NCBI RefSeq assembly: GCF_009914755.1
Contig: NC_060927.1
From: the human T2T-CHM13v2.0 reference genome, Homo sapiens
DNA: 64,000 nucleotides
Direction: 5' to 3' (one strand)
The notes beneath the pieces were generated by a model. The model saw nothing but the letters and a program-made list of their open reading frames with translations, searched no databases and was not told where the DNA came from. Made by a program: the position numbers and the translations under genes. How positions within the stretch are numbered: the stretch's first letter is position 1; every line of letters begins with the position of its first letter. Positions 13,873 to 28,695 of this stretch are shown in pieces.

Positions 13873-16204
13873 TGCTATGGCTTGAATGTCCCCTCCAAAA
13901 CTTGTGTTGAAACTTAATTGCCAGTATGATAGCATCAGGAGGTGAGGTCTTTAGGAAGTGATTGGGTCATAGGAGCTTCACCTTCATGAGTAGATTAATG
14001 CAGTTATGTTGGGAGTGACTTAGTTATTATGGGAGTGGCTTTGTTGCAAGAACCAGTACTCTCTCACATGCATTTCTCTTGCCTTCCATTTATTCATCAT
14101 TGGATGGCCCTTGTCAGATGCCAGAACCATGCTCTTGGACTTCCCAGCCTCCAGAATTTTGTGCTGAATGAACTTCTTTTCTTTGTTCATTGACTGGTCT
14201 CTGATATTCTGTTATAGCAACAGAAAATGGACTAAGACAGAAAATTGGTGCATAAGTAGAATTGTTGCTATAACAAATAACTGAAAATATGGAAACAGCT
14301 TTGGAACTAGGTAATGTTTAGAGGCTGAAAGGATTTGGAGGAGCAAGCAAGCTAAAGCCTAGACTATCATAAACAGAACATTAATGGTGATTCTGGTGAG
14401 GGCTCAGAAGAAGACCCCAGAACTAGGGAAAGTCTGAATTTTCTCAGAGACCACTTAAGTGATCGTGACCAGAAAACTGGTAGAAATATGAGTAATAAAG
14501 GCCATTCTGCTGAAGCCTTGGATATAAATGAGAAATAAAGTATTGGAAACTGGAGTAAAGGCCATCCTTGTTATGAAGTAGCAAAGACCTTGGATAAATT
14601 GTGTTCATGTCCTAGGACTTTATGAAATACATAAGAGCAATGACTTAGGATACCTGGCAGAAGAAATATCTAAGCAGAAAAATATTCAGGCTGCTGCATG
14701 GTTACTATTAACCACATAAAATAAGATATAAGAGCAAAGAAATGACCAGATAGAATTTATAATTAAAAGGGAATCACAGAAGAAAGATGTGGAAAATTTG
14801 AAGTCTGGCTATGTAAAGGGTTAAAAAGCATGTTTGGGAGAGAATACTAAGAGTATGGCCAAATGATCATTTGCTAAAGAGAGTAACATCGATAGAAGGG
14901 AGCCAAGTGCTATTCATCAAGAAAATGGGAAAATGACCCTGAAGGCATTTTAGAGATATGTGAGGCTGTCCCTCCCATCGCAGGCCCGGAGATCTAGAAG
15001 GGCAGAAGAATTTCAGGGAAACAGCCCAGGGTGCCTTCCATGAGCTTACTGCTCAGAGCCACCTCAGGTTTCTGCTCCCTAAATTTTTGACACAGCATCT
15101 CTCAGGTATACAAGCTATGGCTCAAGTGGGTTTATGTGTGGCTTGACCCACTGCCCCAGAAGGTACAAGAATGTAAACCTTGGGAGTCTTCATATGATGC
15201 TAATTTTGTAGGCATGCAGAATGCAAGAGCTGTGGGGGAATGACTACCTTCCTCTAGGTTTCAAAGGCTATCACAGCCTGGAGGACCAGGCAGAAACCTG
15301 CCACAAGAGCAGAGCTGCCACACAGAGCCCCCACTAGGGTAATGCCTAGTGGAGCCATGGGAGTGGGGCCACCATTGATATCCTAACATTATAAAACTAC
15401 CAGTGTGCAACACCAGCCTAGGAGAGCCGTGTGGGCTGAGCCCAGCAAAGCCACAGGGATGGGGCTGCCAAAGGCCTTAGGGGGCCAATCCCCACACGGT
15501 GTATCAAAGAAGTGGGACGTGGGGTTGAAGGAGATTATTCTGCAGATTTCAGGTTTAAGACTTGTTGGGTTTTGGACATACCTGAGACCAGTTACCACTC
15601 TTTGACTGCTGATTTCTCCCTTTTGGAATGGGTATGTGTATCCTATGCCTATTCCACCACTGTGTTCTAGAAGTAGATAACTTGTTTTGATTTCACATGT
15701 CACAGCTGGAAAGGAATATGCATGCCTTTAGTCTCACCCGTACCTAATTTAGATGAGACCTTGGACTTAGGACTTTTGAGTTGGTGCTGGAACGAGTTAA
15801 GACTTTTGGGGCTATTGAGATGGAATATTTGAGATGGAAATGAATTCTGGGGGACGAAGGGTAGAATAATGCTTTTAATTACCCCTCCAAAACTCACGTT
15901 GAAATTTAGTTACCATAGTAACAGTATTAAGAAGTGGGACCTTTAGGAAGTGATTAGGTAATGGGAGCTTTCCCCTTGTGGATGATGATCTCAGGAGTGG
16001 GTTAGTTATGGGAGTGGCTTCATTATAGAAGTGAGCTTACCTGAATGAGCTTCTCTTGCCCTCTGCCTTGTGTTGACCCCCATCAGACGTCAGCACCATG
16101 CTCTTAGACTTCCCAGTCTCCAGAACCATGAACTGAGTAAACTTCTTTCCCTTATAAATTACCCAGTGGTATTCTGTTACAGCCATAGAAAATGGACTAA
16201 GACA
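13873..16204 (+). mobile_element. Full-length MST MaLR provirus: 5' LTR 13873-14239, internal ~14240-15866, 3' LTR ~15867-16204
   Basis: Both LTRs share cccctccaaaact...gttgaaa and end aaatggactaagaca; internal begins gaaaattgg...gaaaatatggaaacagctttggaactagg; purine tract before the 3' LTR; TSD gacag/ggcag. Confidence 0.9.
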
Positions 16205-17738
16205 GGCAGCAATCAGATATATAAAAGTCGAAGGGTTTCCTCAAAGTGATACAGCTTAATATCTGATCTGCTTAACATATTGCTGAATAAAAGTGCCTTT
16301 GTTGCTCTTGTCATGGCTTCTTTTAGTATTCTGAGACCCTAAAGCATAGTATCATGTCATGTCATTGTAGGCAAAGGGGAACCTTATAAAAGCCTTTTAA
16401 ATTATTGAGGTGATAAACTTTTTGTATCACAAAGCATTGTGTTTATTTTTTAAGTGCTCCTTTATTAATATGTACCTGTTACAGTAGCAGTCACATTTTT
16501 TACCTTGAGAGACTGAGTGAATGAGTAGGTATGAATCAATTGCTAGTTGCACTAGTATCAAACCCAGCTAAACTAACGTGTGTTAATTTAATAGTGGGCT
16601 GGAGGATCTAAAAATTCAATACATTATTTTTTAGAGGAATTTTTAGCTACCTCTTTTATAGGCTCCAATAACCTGAAGATAGATGCTGGTTTATATTTGT
16701 GTTTTATTTGTTATTTTAGAATACCAATTTGATAGAGTTATGGGGTTAATTCTCTACAACATGAAGGCAATTATTTTCATTACCAGTAAAATTTATTTTG
16801 AAAAATTTGTAAGTTCAAACTGAAGGGTTTGCTTGGAGGCAAAGTTTTCATGAACTCTAAGATAATTATATGTTTTTAATATTCCAGAAGCCAAAGGGTG
16901 GAAAGGAACAAAACGACATCAAACTTTAAAGTCTTCTCAGTATTTAATGGAATATTACAGGGTTTCTTCAAGGTCCCTTTAACATGCAGTTGCAAAATGT
17001 GGTAACTATGTAAATTCAGCAATCAGTGGCATAGAAAATATTCATTTTGCACTGACACTTAGGATGCCAGCTCATAAACTGAGCTTCTAGGATTCTGTCA
17101 ATGCTTGACCATGCCAGCAGGTCATATAAACCCACTGATAATTAAAGTAGAGAAAGCACAAAAAGTAAAAGTAAATGAAAATTTTCTAATCTTGCAAAAC
17201 ATGTTAATAGATACATTTTGTAGCAAAATTTTTGACATGTTGGAAAGAATACTTAACTGGGCGGTGCCATTATTCCTCTTTTGAAATATATCATGCTAAA
17301 TATGTCCCTTGTGCACTATAAAATCACCACATATCCGTTTTGTAAGGCAGTCCTGAAAGAGTTAAAAGTTCCTCTAGAGAAGTCTAGAGGCTATAGTTAA
17401 TTATTAGCAAGCTCTCTTTTTATTATATATATTTTAAGATTTAACAAAGCCACTCCTCATATTTTCCTGTGATCAAAAGGCATAATGATTTGATGCCTCT
17501 GAATGCTGATGGTGTCCTGTGGGGACATAGGATTCTAGGACTTCCAATTCTATCATGTATTTTTCATGTATCCTCAAAGACTACATTGTGAGTTTCGATG
17601 TCTGTTAGTATTTGCAACACAGGGCACTGAAAAATCACCAAAATTACCTAATTCTAAGTTTTCTTTCTGTTATAAACAACTCTGAGAAAATACTGTTTTA
17701 CTATAAGGAACTTAGGAAGTTACTCTTAGACATGTGTT

Positions 17739-18589
17739 GATATTTACAAATTATGGCAATGAATGATAATGATTGAAAGATTATTTTTAAATTTTAGAGC
17801 AAACAGCTTAAATGGTCCTAAGAGACTGGAACTTTTACATAAAGTGGTTTGAGGAAGGTAATTTCCAGAGGAGAAACACTCTGAACTTAAAATAGAGTTA
17901 GGGTATTGGTTACTTTCTAGTTCAGCCAATTGGACCTGGTCAGTATGAAAATGACATAGACATCAAGATTTGTTTTTGTATTCTGTGGGAATCTTCCAAG
18001 TTCCTTAGTATCTACTGAACATCTGCTGCTCTTTGATTCCAGGGTGTGCAGACTGCAGTGATGTTTTTGTCATGGTATGCTCAATGAGGGCCTCCTGGGG
18101 TTGGGTATAGTAACTTGGCCATGCCCAAAATGCGCCTGAGGTGTCTTGACACTTCAACATGACAAAGCTACGGAGATTCTAGTGGCATGCTCAGAGATTA
18201 TTCTCAGGGTTGTTCCAAAATAACATGATGGCATCTGGAACCATCTGGAGGGAGGGTGGTGCTTCTGAGGAGTGTTAGTGTAGGAAGAAAGTCCCAGCTT
18301 GAGTTTGTTTCTTTCTATGAAGTTGAGAAGAAAACAGCATTTTCAGTTCTCTGCCTTTTCTTCTCATGTGACATGATGCATAGATGGTTGTTCAAATGGA
18401 TATTTACAAATGATGACAATGAATGATAATAATTGAAAGATTTTTTTTTAATTTTAGAGCAAAAAGCTTAAATGGTCCTTAGAGGCTAGAACTGTTACAT
18501 AAAGTGGTTTGAGGAAGGTAATTTCCAGAGGAGAAATACTCTGAACTTAAAATAGAGTTATGGTATTGGTTACTTTCTAGTTCAGCCAA
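17739..18589 (+). repeat. 191-bp direct duplication (17739-17929 and 18399-18589) separated by 469 bp
   Basis: Hand alignment at constant 660-bp offset: 12 mismatches, no indels (~94% identity). Confidence 0.95.
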
Positions 18590-19119
18590 ATAATAGTTGC
18601 CAAAAAAACTTAAAGATTTATAATAAAGATTTTTTTTTTTTTTTTTTTGCCAATCCTCTTCATTGCCTCCCCCTCAAAAATAAGGAAAGGAGAACAGCTA
18701 GATAATTGCAGCTGTTGGAAAATTTCAGGTGATTACCACAGTGCATTACAATCCTTCCAAGGCAGAGGTGAAAGGGACAAGGAATCAGGTGGTGATGTGT
18801 GAAATGCTCTGAGGTCTTCTCCAAATAGTGCCAAGCAGATAGGGTTAGTTGGGAGGCTGAACATGTCCATTCAGTCTTGGGAACTGGAGCTGGAGTTTCT
18901 CTGTACTTCTTTCAGACACCCAAGGGGCTGAGGATTGTCATCTATGAATATGATGCCAGGAAAATTTCTAATCATCACAAAAACCAATATTTTTCCCCTT
19001 TATATTTATAAAATGGTCATCTTTAACATGCTGATAGAAATATGTCAAAAGCTCTGAGGTTAGAGGGGCGTGCTTTGCCCGGGTGCTGTCACTTGGTGAC
19101 CCTGTACGCCTCTGCTCGC

Positions 19120-19360
19120 CAGGCTGTTGAATTTTTCCTATCATTCACCTTGGCCTTCAGAGTTAGTTGTGCCCTCCTCTATGCTCCTGAAGCACTTACT
19201 ACTCTGAATAGCCACAGTCTATTTTTTATCTGTGTCTCTCCTATTGGATTATGAGCTTCTTGAGATCAGAGACTTTTTTCTTATTTATCTTTGTATAAAT
19301 TATAAATGTTTGGTAGTGTCTAGTGTGCTTAAGACATTGTTGGTTTAAATAAATAAATAG
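19120..19360 (+). mobile_element. L2 3' end
   Basis: tgtgtctctcctattggattatgagcttcttgagatcagagac... ending in (taaa)n. Confidence 0.65.
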
Positions 19361-19409
19361 ATTACAGCTTTAATACTATTGTTTCAGGGTAATCCTTTAA
19401 TACAGTTTA

Positions 19410-20020
19410 TAATTTTATTTACAAAGCAATAGAATTATCATAGAAATTTTAGAAAATAGAGCTGAAGAAAATAAAATCACCTATTACATCACTATTAGGA
19501 TGACCGCTGCAAACATCTTGATATATATCCTACCAAGCTTTTTTCTAGTATGTGACTATAGATTTAAAAACAGGAGAAAGAAAAATGGTATTATATGACA
19601 CACACTCTCTTATAAGCTGCTTTAAAAAATGCCATTATACTGTGAATGTTTTTCCATATCACATATTCTTCTATGACAGTGCTTTTAATGATTCTAAAAT
19701 GTACCACAATTTATGTGATCATTCTTCTATTGTTGGACATTTATGTGGTTTCCAATATTTTGCACCTACAAAAACTGCCACAATGAACATCTTTGTGTGC
19801 ATCCCTGATGACTTCCTCAGAATAAATTCCTCGTAGTGGAATAGCAGGCAGAAGGGCATATGCATTTTTAAGGTATTTGGATTACATTACAAAGTTGTAA
19901 TAATTTATATTCTCTACAATGACATATGACAATTTCCATTTATCTGAATGCTTGCCATGAATAGGTGTTATAATATACATGTCAAAAATTGTCAATCTAA
20001 CAGTCTAAAAACCACATAAA
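19410..20020 (-). mobile_element. Old L1ME 3' region
   Basis: ttctattgttggacatttatgtggtttccaatatttt...atgaacatctttgtg...aaattcctcgtagtggaat. Confidence 0.7.
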
Positions 20021-22679
20021 AATCAACGTGATAAAATGGTCTATCACCAAAGTCACGCATGAAGGCCTAATATTGTTGGAAAATGGTTGTGTGTGTGGGG
20101 GAAAGGGTTAGCTTAAAATCTGTTGAAGGTATAGCTACTGGCAATGAGGAAATAGGATGGATGGGGCTGGAGTTGTGAGGTATAGGGAGCAAAGAGAAAG
20201 ACAGAGGACACCCCTGGGAAGTTCAGAACCTGAGTGGCGGTGACTATGGTGATGCCATTTCAGAGCCCAAGGAAAAACTGTCCAGTCAGAACAGAGAACA
20301 ATTCAGGTCAGGACTCAGGGACTAGAGAAGAGGCAGGACATGCCAAGCATTGAGAAGTCAAGGAAAGACTAAGAATGTATGAAAGAGAAAGTAAGTCTGG
20401 GAGAGAAGGTTTTAGAAACCCACACGAGTTGAAAGTGAACGTTGGATCAAAGTTCCTGAACGGGTGGAATGTTGACATTGTTTGGGAGACCATGAAAGGA
20501 GAGATGACCTTTTCATCAGAATCAGTCAAAGCTGGTTTAGAGTTTTGGCTTTGCCACACAATGTGACCTTGAGTAAGGCACAGAGGTTGTGTGGTCTCAA
20601 GTTTCTCCCTCATTAAAAAAAAAGTGGGGGGAGGAATTTTACAGTTTGGTTAAAAGGGTCTCTAAGTAAGGCTTCTTCCAGCCCAGAAATTCTCTGCTTC
20701 TATTTTAAATGAAAACAAACCGGACTTTGGGATTTGTTTCTTGGACTGTGGGAAGGGGGCAGTCTCTATTGTGCAACCATGGATTTAGCCTATATTTAGA
20801 TTCATGCTTTGGGATTATTACTTCTGACAACAAGTCATCCTGCAGAAGTCCACTAATAATTTGAAATAAGGACTCTGTGTTTCAAAATTCTGAACTGTGA
20901 TACTGCTTCAGTTTATTTGAATGAACAGTGGTGATATAATCAGCTGCAAATATTTCTTTTCTATCCAGGACATCTGCCATGTTTGACTCGTAACAGCAAT
21001 CCATAAATGTGGAAGGCTGCGCCATCAAGCATTCTTATTTCTCTGTAGGTCTTGTCATTAATGAGAACTTTGGTTGAGTTGAAAGGGACTGGAAATCTGA
21101 GGAAAGCATGGGACTAAAACCCCAACAAATGTAAGCAATAGCTGCTTAATTTGAAGTGACACTTTTCTGTGTTTGACATTTTTGGCACTGCAAGCTGGGA
21201 TGTTTGCCACTGGAAAGTCAAAATGCCTGCAAAAACAAATGCCCAGTTTTCAGATATCTGGTCTGTATCATTTATTTTTAATACTAAATGTGACATAGTG
21301 TAATGTTCTATCGATTAAATTAAACTGCACGAGTGAGGGAGATAGAATTTCAATCGAATTCTTAGATGAAAAATGAGCTGCCTGTCGTAGAATTTTCCTG
21401 GCAATCGTCTAACATCCTGATAGATATTGGCTGGCTCCACTGAAACAGCTGCAACCTTGCAGCCATCAAGCTATGCCTAAACAAGGGGCACCCCCATTCA
21501 GGAGAAAAAATGTCTTGGGCCTTTAAAGAAGAGGGAAAGGATTTCTTGGTTAGTCGGGAGCTTTACAGATTGATTTTCCCCCTCCATGATTGACATCTTC
21601 TTCTTGGAGACTTTGTGTGTTTTTTTGGTGAAGTCATTATGAGATGCTACACAGCTGCGATGTATGTTTAGAAGAGGCACTCTGCATTCAGTCCTACCGC
21701 CCTTCCCAATTGCCTATGAAACAAGAAAGTCTATTCATGTTGCTATCTGCTGTTTAAAGAACATTCATGTGTCTCAGGCTGGTGTAGTCCAAATATGATG
21801 CGGTAGGAAGGTGTTAGCAAAATTCAAGATCCTAAGGAGACATTTCTGGTGGGATAACAACAGTCTGACGAGGAGCTACATTTCCTGTCTTAGCATGATT
21901 TATATTGTTCCTTGCCCCCACGATGCGGAACAAGAATAACATTTTTACAAGAGACCTATATTTCTGCACAAAGAAGGGTGAGGGTGGGTGGCGTGAGAAT
22001 CTCCTTGGTGATGCTTTGTCTGGAAATTCCTCCTTCTTATTTGGCAACTTAGAGAAACTGGGAGGCAGGGATGTTGAGAGAAATATGACAGGGTAAGACC
22101 ATTTGGGGCCCAGCAGATGTGCTCAATTGAAGTAGGACATTGCAACCCATGAGGTCAGTGACCTTGTAGCTATGCAGCCAGGGCATAGTTCCCTAGAGAA
22201 TGACAAAGGCTTGAGATCTGTCCTTTAAGGATGGATGGTCAAAGGTGAAATGCAGCCTGGAGAATCCAGACTGGGAGTGCCACAGGAAGGGAGCACTATG
22301 GGTCAGCAAGGCCTGGGAGACAATGTGCTTGCCTGGAACCGGAGCTCAGCACAGGTAGATGCAGTGTATAAAGTGCGAGAGACAATCAGAGGAGGTGTGA
22401 GTTTCCCTCGGAGGATAGCAAGGAGGGGCTCTTTCAGCAGTATAAAGCAATGTATGAACTGTACAGGCAAAGAGACAAAGACAGATGGAATATACAAAAA
22501 TATAACCCGTAAATAGCAACAGTGGTGGCAGGAACAACTAGAACAGTCAGCTCCATGCATTGGAAACTGAGCTTAAATAAATTCGGAAGGAATAAACTAT
22601 TAGAAACATGGACTCCAGAGAAAAGATGGTGCAAAAAAACCCAAAAAACCAAAACCAAAACAAAAAAACCCCCCACAGA

Positions 22680-23105
22680 ATAGATTATGTCTTAGCTTTA
22701 TAATAGAATACTATGAAGTCATTGTAAAGAATACATAGATTTATTTGCTTTCCTATGAATGTCAGATATATACTAAGTGAAAACATTATGTCCCAGACAG
22801 TGTACTCTGATCAATTTGTGGGAAAAAACTGTATATATACATAGGTATGTGCATGAATATGTTTGTGTTTATATGCATTTATGTCTGTAATATTTTTCTA
22901 TGCATATTTACATGTATGTGATATATGGCACATTTTTAGAAGTTTTTGTAAATCTTCTAGTAGTTTTAGGAAACAATTCAGAGAGGGTCAAGTTGAGATG
23001 GGGGAAAGATTAGAAGAGAATATGAAAACAGAAACTTTAACTTTATCTCCTTGTACACCGTTGGCATTTTTTTCTTTTTACACTAAGTGTATATTACTTT
23101 AGTAA
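22680..23105 (+). mobile_element. Old L1ME-type 3' UTR fragment
   Basis: aatagaatactatgaagtcatt...tatatactaagtgaaaa; degenerate. Confidence 0.5.
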
Positions 23106-24611
23106 TGATAATGATGATGACGATGGCAATGGGCAACAATAAATCACAAAGCAGAACTAGTGTGTATGTGGCAACTTTGTTTCTGTTCTCATTAAAGGAA
23201 GCTAGAATAATTTAACAATTGCTTAGTGAGTGACCAGTAATTCACCTAGCTGTGTGTTACTCATTGAAATGTGCTATAGAGGGGACAAAATTAAAATCTG
23301 AGGATACTTAGGTATGCTATACCGTGTTTTCATCCCTCAGTGAATCCTTTCATGTCCAAAGTTCTGAGTGTACCCTCTCAGTCAGCACAACCAGAAATTC
23401 TTTGGCTGAGCTGACACTGGCTAACCTTGCTGCCGCGATGCACGTGTCCAGGTCGGGCCTGTTGATTCCGGCTGGGGTGTCTCTAGTCACAGAGGTTCCG
23501 GCCACACAGCTGGTGCCAGAACAAGGGTCTGGCTCTTCTGTTAATCAGCCTTACTGAAATGAGCTGCAAACACAACCGAATGCTTGAGCTGACCTATGAT
23601 CCTTCTGATTCAGGAATGTCTCATTTAATGCATCAACGGGCTTGAGTCTCCCCTTCCAGTGTGGGAGAACATGAACTACTTACATATCTTCTTAGGCCGG
23701 AAGGAGGGAGGCATTTCTCAAAAGCTATTCCTGAATGTCTTCCTCTTGTGATTTTAAGGGAGGAGGAGGCTTGTGGGGGTGGGGGATGGATAACATTCTT
23801 CAGTTTCTGGCTGGGATGCCAGCCCAAAAATCTTTTATTTTTTTTTTCTGCACCATATGGATACAGGAAAAATATAAAGGATGTGTTCTTTGCCCTTGAG
23901 GAATTTATAATCTGGTTGGGGGGCAGCCAAACTGCTGCTGGGTAGCCTCAGATCGGGTGCAGCATGAGCTGGTGAGAGGCCGTGTGTGCTGTCCCAGCAG
24001 GCCCCAGCTGTTCCCTTTTCTCGGGGTCTCGGCCTGAGCTCCGCCTGGGGCTGCAGGTCAGTGGGCTGCAGGCAGGCACTGTCTCATTTCTTTTGTTTCA
24101 TAGCATTGGTTTTGGCCACAGTCAGGAATTTTTCAAACTAAAAGCTTCTGGTGAACAGTCTCTGGTTCAAGTTCACAAGCCACATCATTAATCATGAATA
24201 AATGGTTGTAGAACACCCTTTCTCTTGCCAGGGAAAATACAGAGAGTTATAAACACACAAACAAATAAACACACAGCGCCCCCAACTAGAAAATTGATAC
24301 CTTCTGTGGCCAGGGCATTTTCAGAATTGGAAGACTTTAGACACCACCAGGTTAAGCCCTGTCATTTCAGTTTAGGGACAGAGAAGTAAAGGCCCATGTT
24401 CCATCGATGAGAGATAATCTATTAAATAGCCCATATTTTCTGACTCCTCAACCAGTATTTTTTCCCATGGTAGAATTTGAGAATGCCTGTTAATGTGGAC
24501 TGAGTTCATGTCATTCCACTGTATGTAAAATGAGAGGAGATGAATTTCTAAGTGATAGCTTCGTTTTTACTTTTTGATTAGGTGACTACCTAAAGGCAAC
24601 ATGAGCAGTAA

Positions 24612-25091
<480 letters not shown>

Positions 25092-25950
25092 TGAAAAGTT
25101 AATTTATCTAATTGGGTTTTTGTCTCTGTCAGGTATGAGAACAGAGTAAAGATGGGCTGGGATGGGGAGAGAGAAGGGCCTGGGTCTGCAGATTAGATGG
25201 CCCATCAGAGCAAGTTAGGGGCTGAGGTGGGTTTATAGCAGAAGCAAGAGAGATAACATCTAAGTGAAGGTGGGAAAGAGCAGGGGCTGATGTCTGGCAG
25301 CGGCAGCAGGGAGCGGGGATCTGTCAAGAAGAGAACCAGCAAGACTCCAGTCCAAAAGGACTTGTGACCAAGGCAGGGATTCAGCCATGGGAAATGAAGA
25401 ACATCCCCAGATACTGAAATGGGCTGCTGAGCCAAGGACTGAGTTATGAGAAGTAAGGCAAAATTTTAGAACTAGGCACAGAGTTCTACCTGGATCAACA
25501 ACAGGGCTCACTAGTGGAGTTGAGCCTGTGGAGTCTAGAGTCTGTCAGGTTGGGATTCCTTAATTTCTTCCAAACCATGAATGGGTTCTGGTGTAAGGCT
25601 TAAGTCAGCAGGAGGGAACAGGGAGTCGGGCTGGTAACTGTAGGAGGTAGATGGGAGCAGAGCCTAGAATTTGGAAATGGATGAATTAAAAGCAGCTGGA
25701 CAGTTCAACACAGAAGGGATTGGAGGTATGTGAAGGAGAATGGGCCCAAGGTCAGCTCAGAAAGGGTTGGCTTTCCTGGTTCTCAAAAATTTTAAAGAAA
25801 AGCTGTTAATTAGAATGGTTGTTCATCAATGTATAAAAAAATAGAAAGGCAGAGTCTAGAGGCAAATGTTGGCAGTGCCTGTACAAACACTAACCGGAAT
25901 AAAGGATGTGAATGTTATCAATAAACTTGGAGTTTCTGGGTCTCACTGCT

Positions 25951-26326
25951 TGTATTAGTCTGTTTTCACACTCCTATAAAGAACTACCTGAGACTGGGTA
26001 ATTTATGAAGAAAAGAGGTTTAATTGACTCACAGTTCTGCAGGCTATACAGGAAGCATAGCTAGGAGGTCTCAGGAAACATAATCATGGTGGAAGTTGAA
26101 GGGAAAGCAGGTATGTCTTACCATGGTGGAGGAGGAGTGAGAAAGCGAGAGAGAGAATGTGCCACATACGTTTAAATCATCAGATCTTGTGAGAACTCAC
26201 TATCATAAGAACAGCAAGGGGGAAATCACCCCCATGATCCAATCACCTCCCACCAGGCCCCTTTCCTGACACATGGGGATTACAATTCGATATGAGATGT
26301 GGTGGAGACAGAGTCAAACCATATCA
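25951..26326 (-). mobile_element. THE1D-like MaLR solo LTR
   Basis: tgtattagtctgttttcacact...tacaggaagcatagct...aaccatatca; perfect 5-bp TSD ctgct. Confidence 0.9.
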
Positions 26327-26627
26327 CTGCTGGACTAGGACTTTGGTGAAGAAGCTATGAATTATGTGGATTGTCTTATAGAAGCTCCTCTTGCCTCCCT
26401 CTGGTTCCACACCCTCTAGACAACCTTCTGAGTGAGATTTGACTCCTTATATAGGCAGGACACACCAATAAGTATGCTCTGGTGCAAAGGAAGTTTAGTT
26501 TCATTGTAATACATTGAGTTTCTGATTTAGACATTGGTCTCTGTGAGCTTGGTTAAAGTGTGATTGTCATTAAAAGATGAATCTGTTCTTGATGTGTTGT
26601 CAAAATCTGCTTTTGTAAAGCTGATGG

Positions 26628-27954
<1,327 letters not shown>

Positions 27955-28035
27955 AACAAGAATACAAGAATTTCAATAAGTGGTCTGACTTGGGAGGTAT
28001 AAAGGTGAAGACAGCAAACATTAAAAAGTCCTTGC

Positions 28036-28348
<313 letters not shown>

Positions 28349-28388
28349 TCAGAAAGGGAAAAAAAGTGAGATACAAAGGTAGTTAGAG

Positions 28389-28695
28389 CAGCGGTCGCCA
28401 ACCTTTTTGACACCAGGGACTGGCTTTGTAGGAGACAATTTTTCCATGGACGGGGGAGGGATGGTTTTGGGAAGTAACTGTTCCATCTCACATCATCAAG
28501 CATTAGATTCTCATAAGGAGTGTGCAACCTAGATCTCTAGCATGCGCAATTCACAATAAGGTGCGTGCTCCTATGAGAATCTAATGCTGCCGCCTATCTG
28601 ACAGCAGGTGGAGCTCAGACAGTAGAGCTCGCTCAACCGCCGCTCACCTTGTGCTGTGCAGCCGGTTCCTTACAGGCAGGGGGATGGGACCCCTG
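28389..28695 (+). mobile_element. MER1B hAT-Charlie MITE
   Basis: cagcggtcgccaacctttttgacaccaggga...gggacccctg; internal cattagattctcataag/ctatgagaatctaatg inverted repeat; TSD-like agttagag/agttgcag. Confidence 0.9.

Noticed and set aside
17739-18589. Duplicated blocks read as LTRs of a miniature retroelement or as CRISPR-like repeats
   Set aside because: No TG..CA ends, primer-binding site, polypurine tract or outer TSD; only two copies; eukaryotic context.
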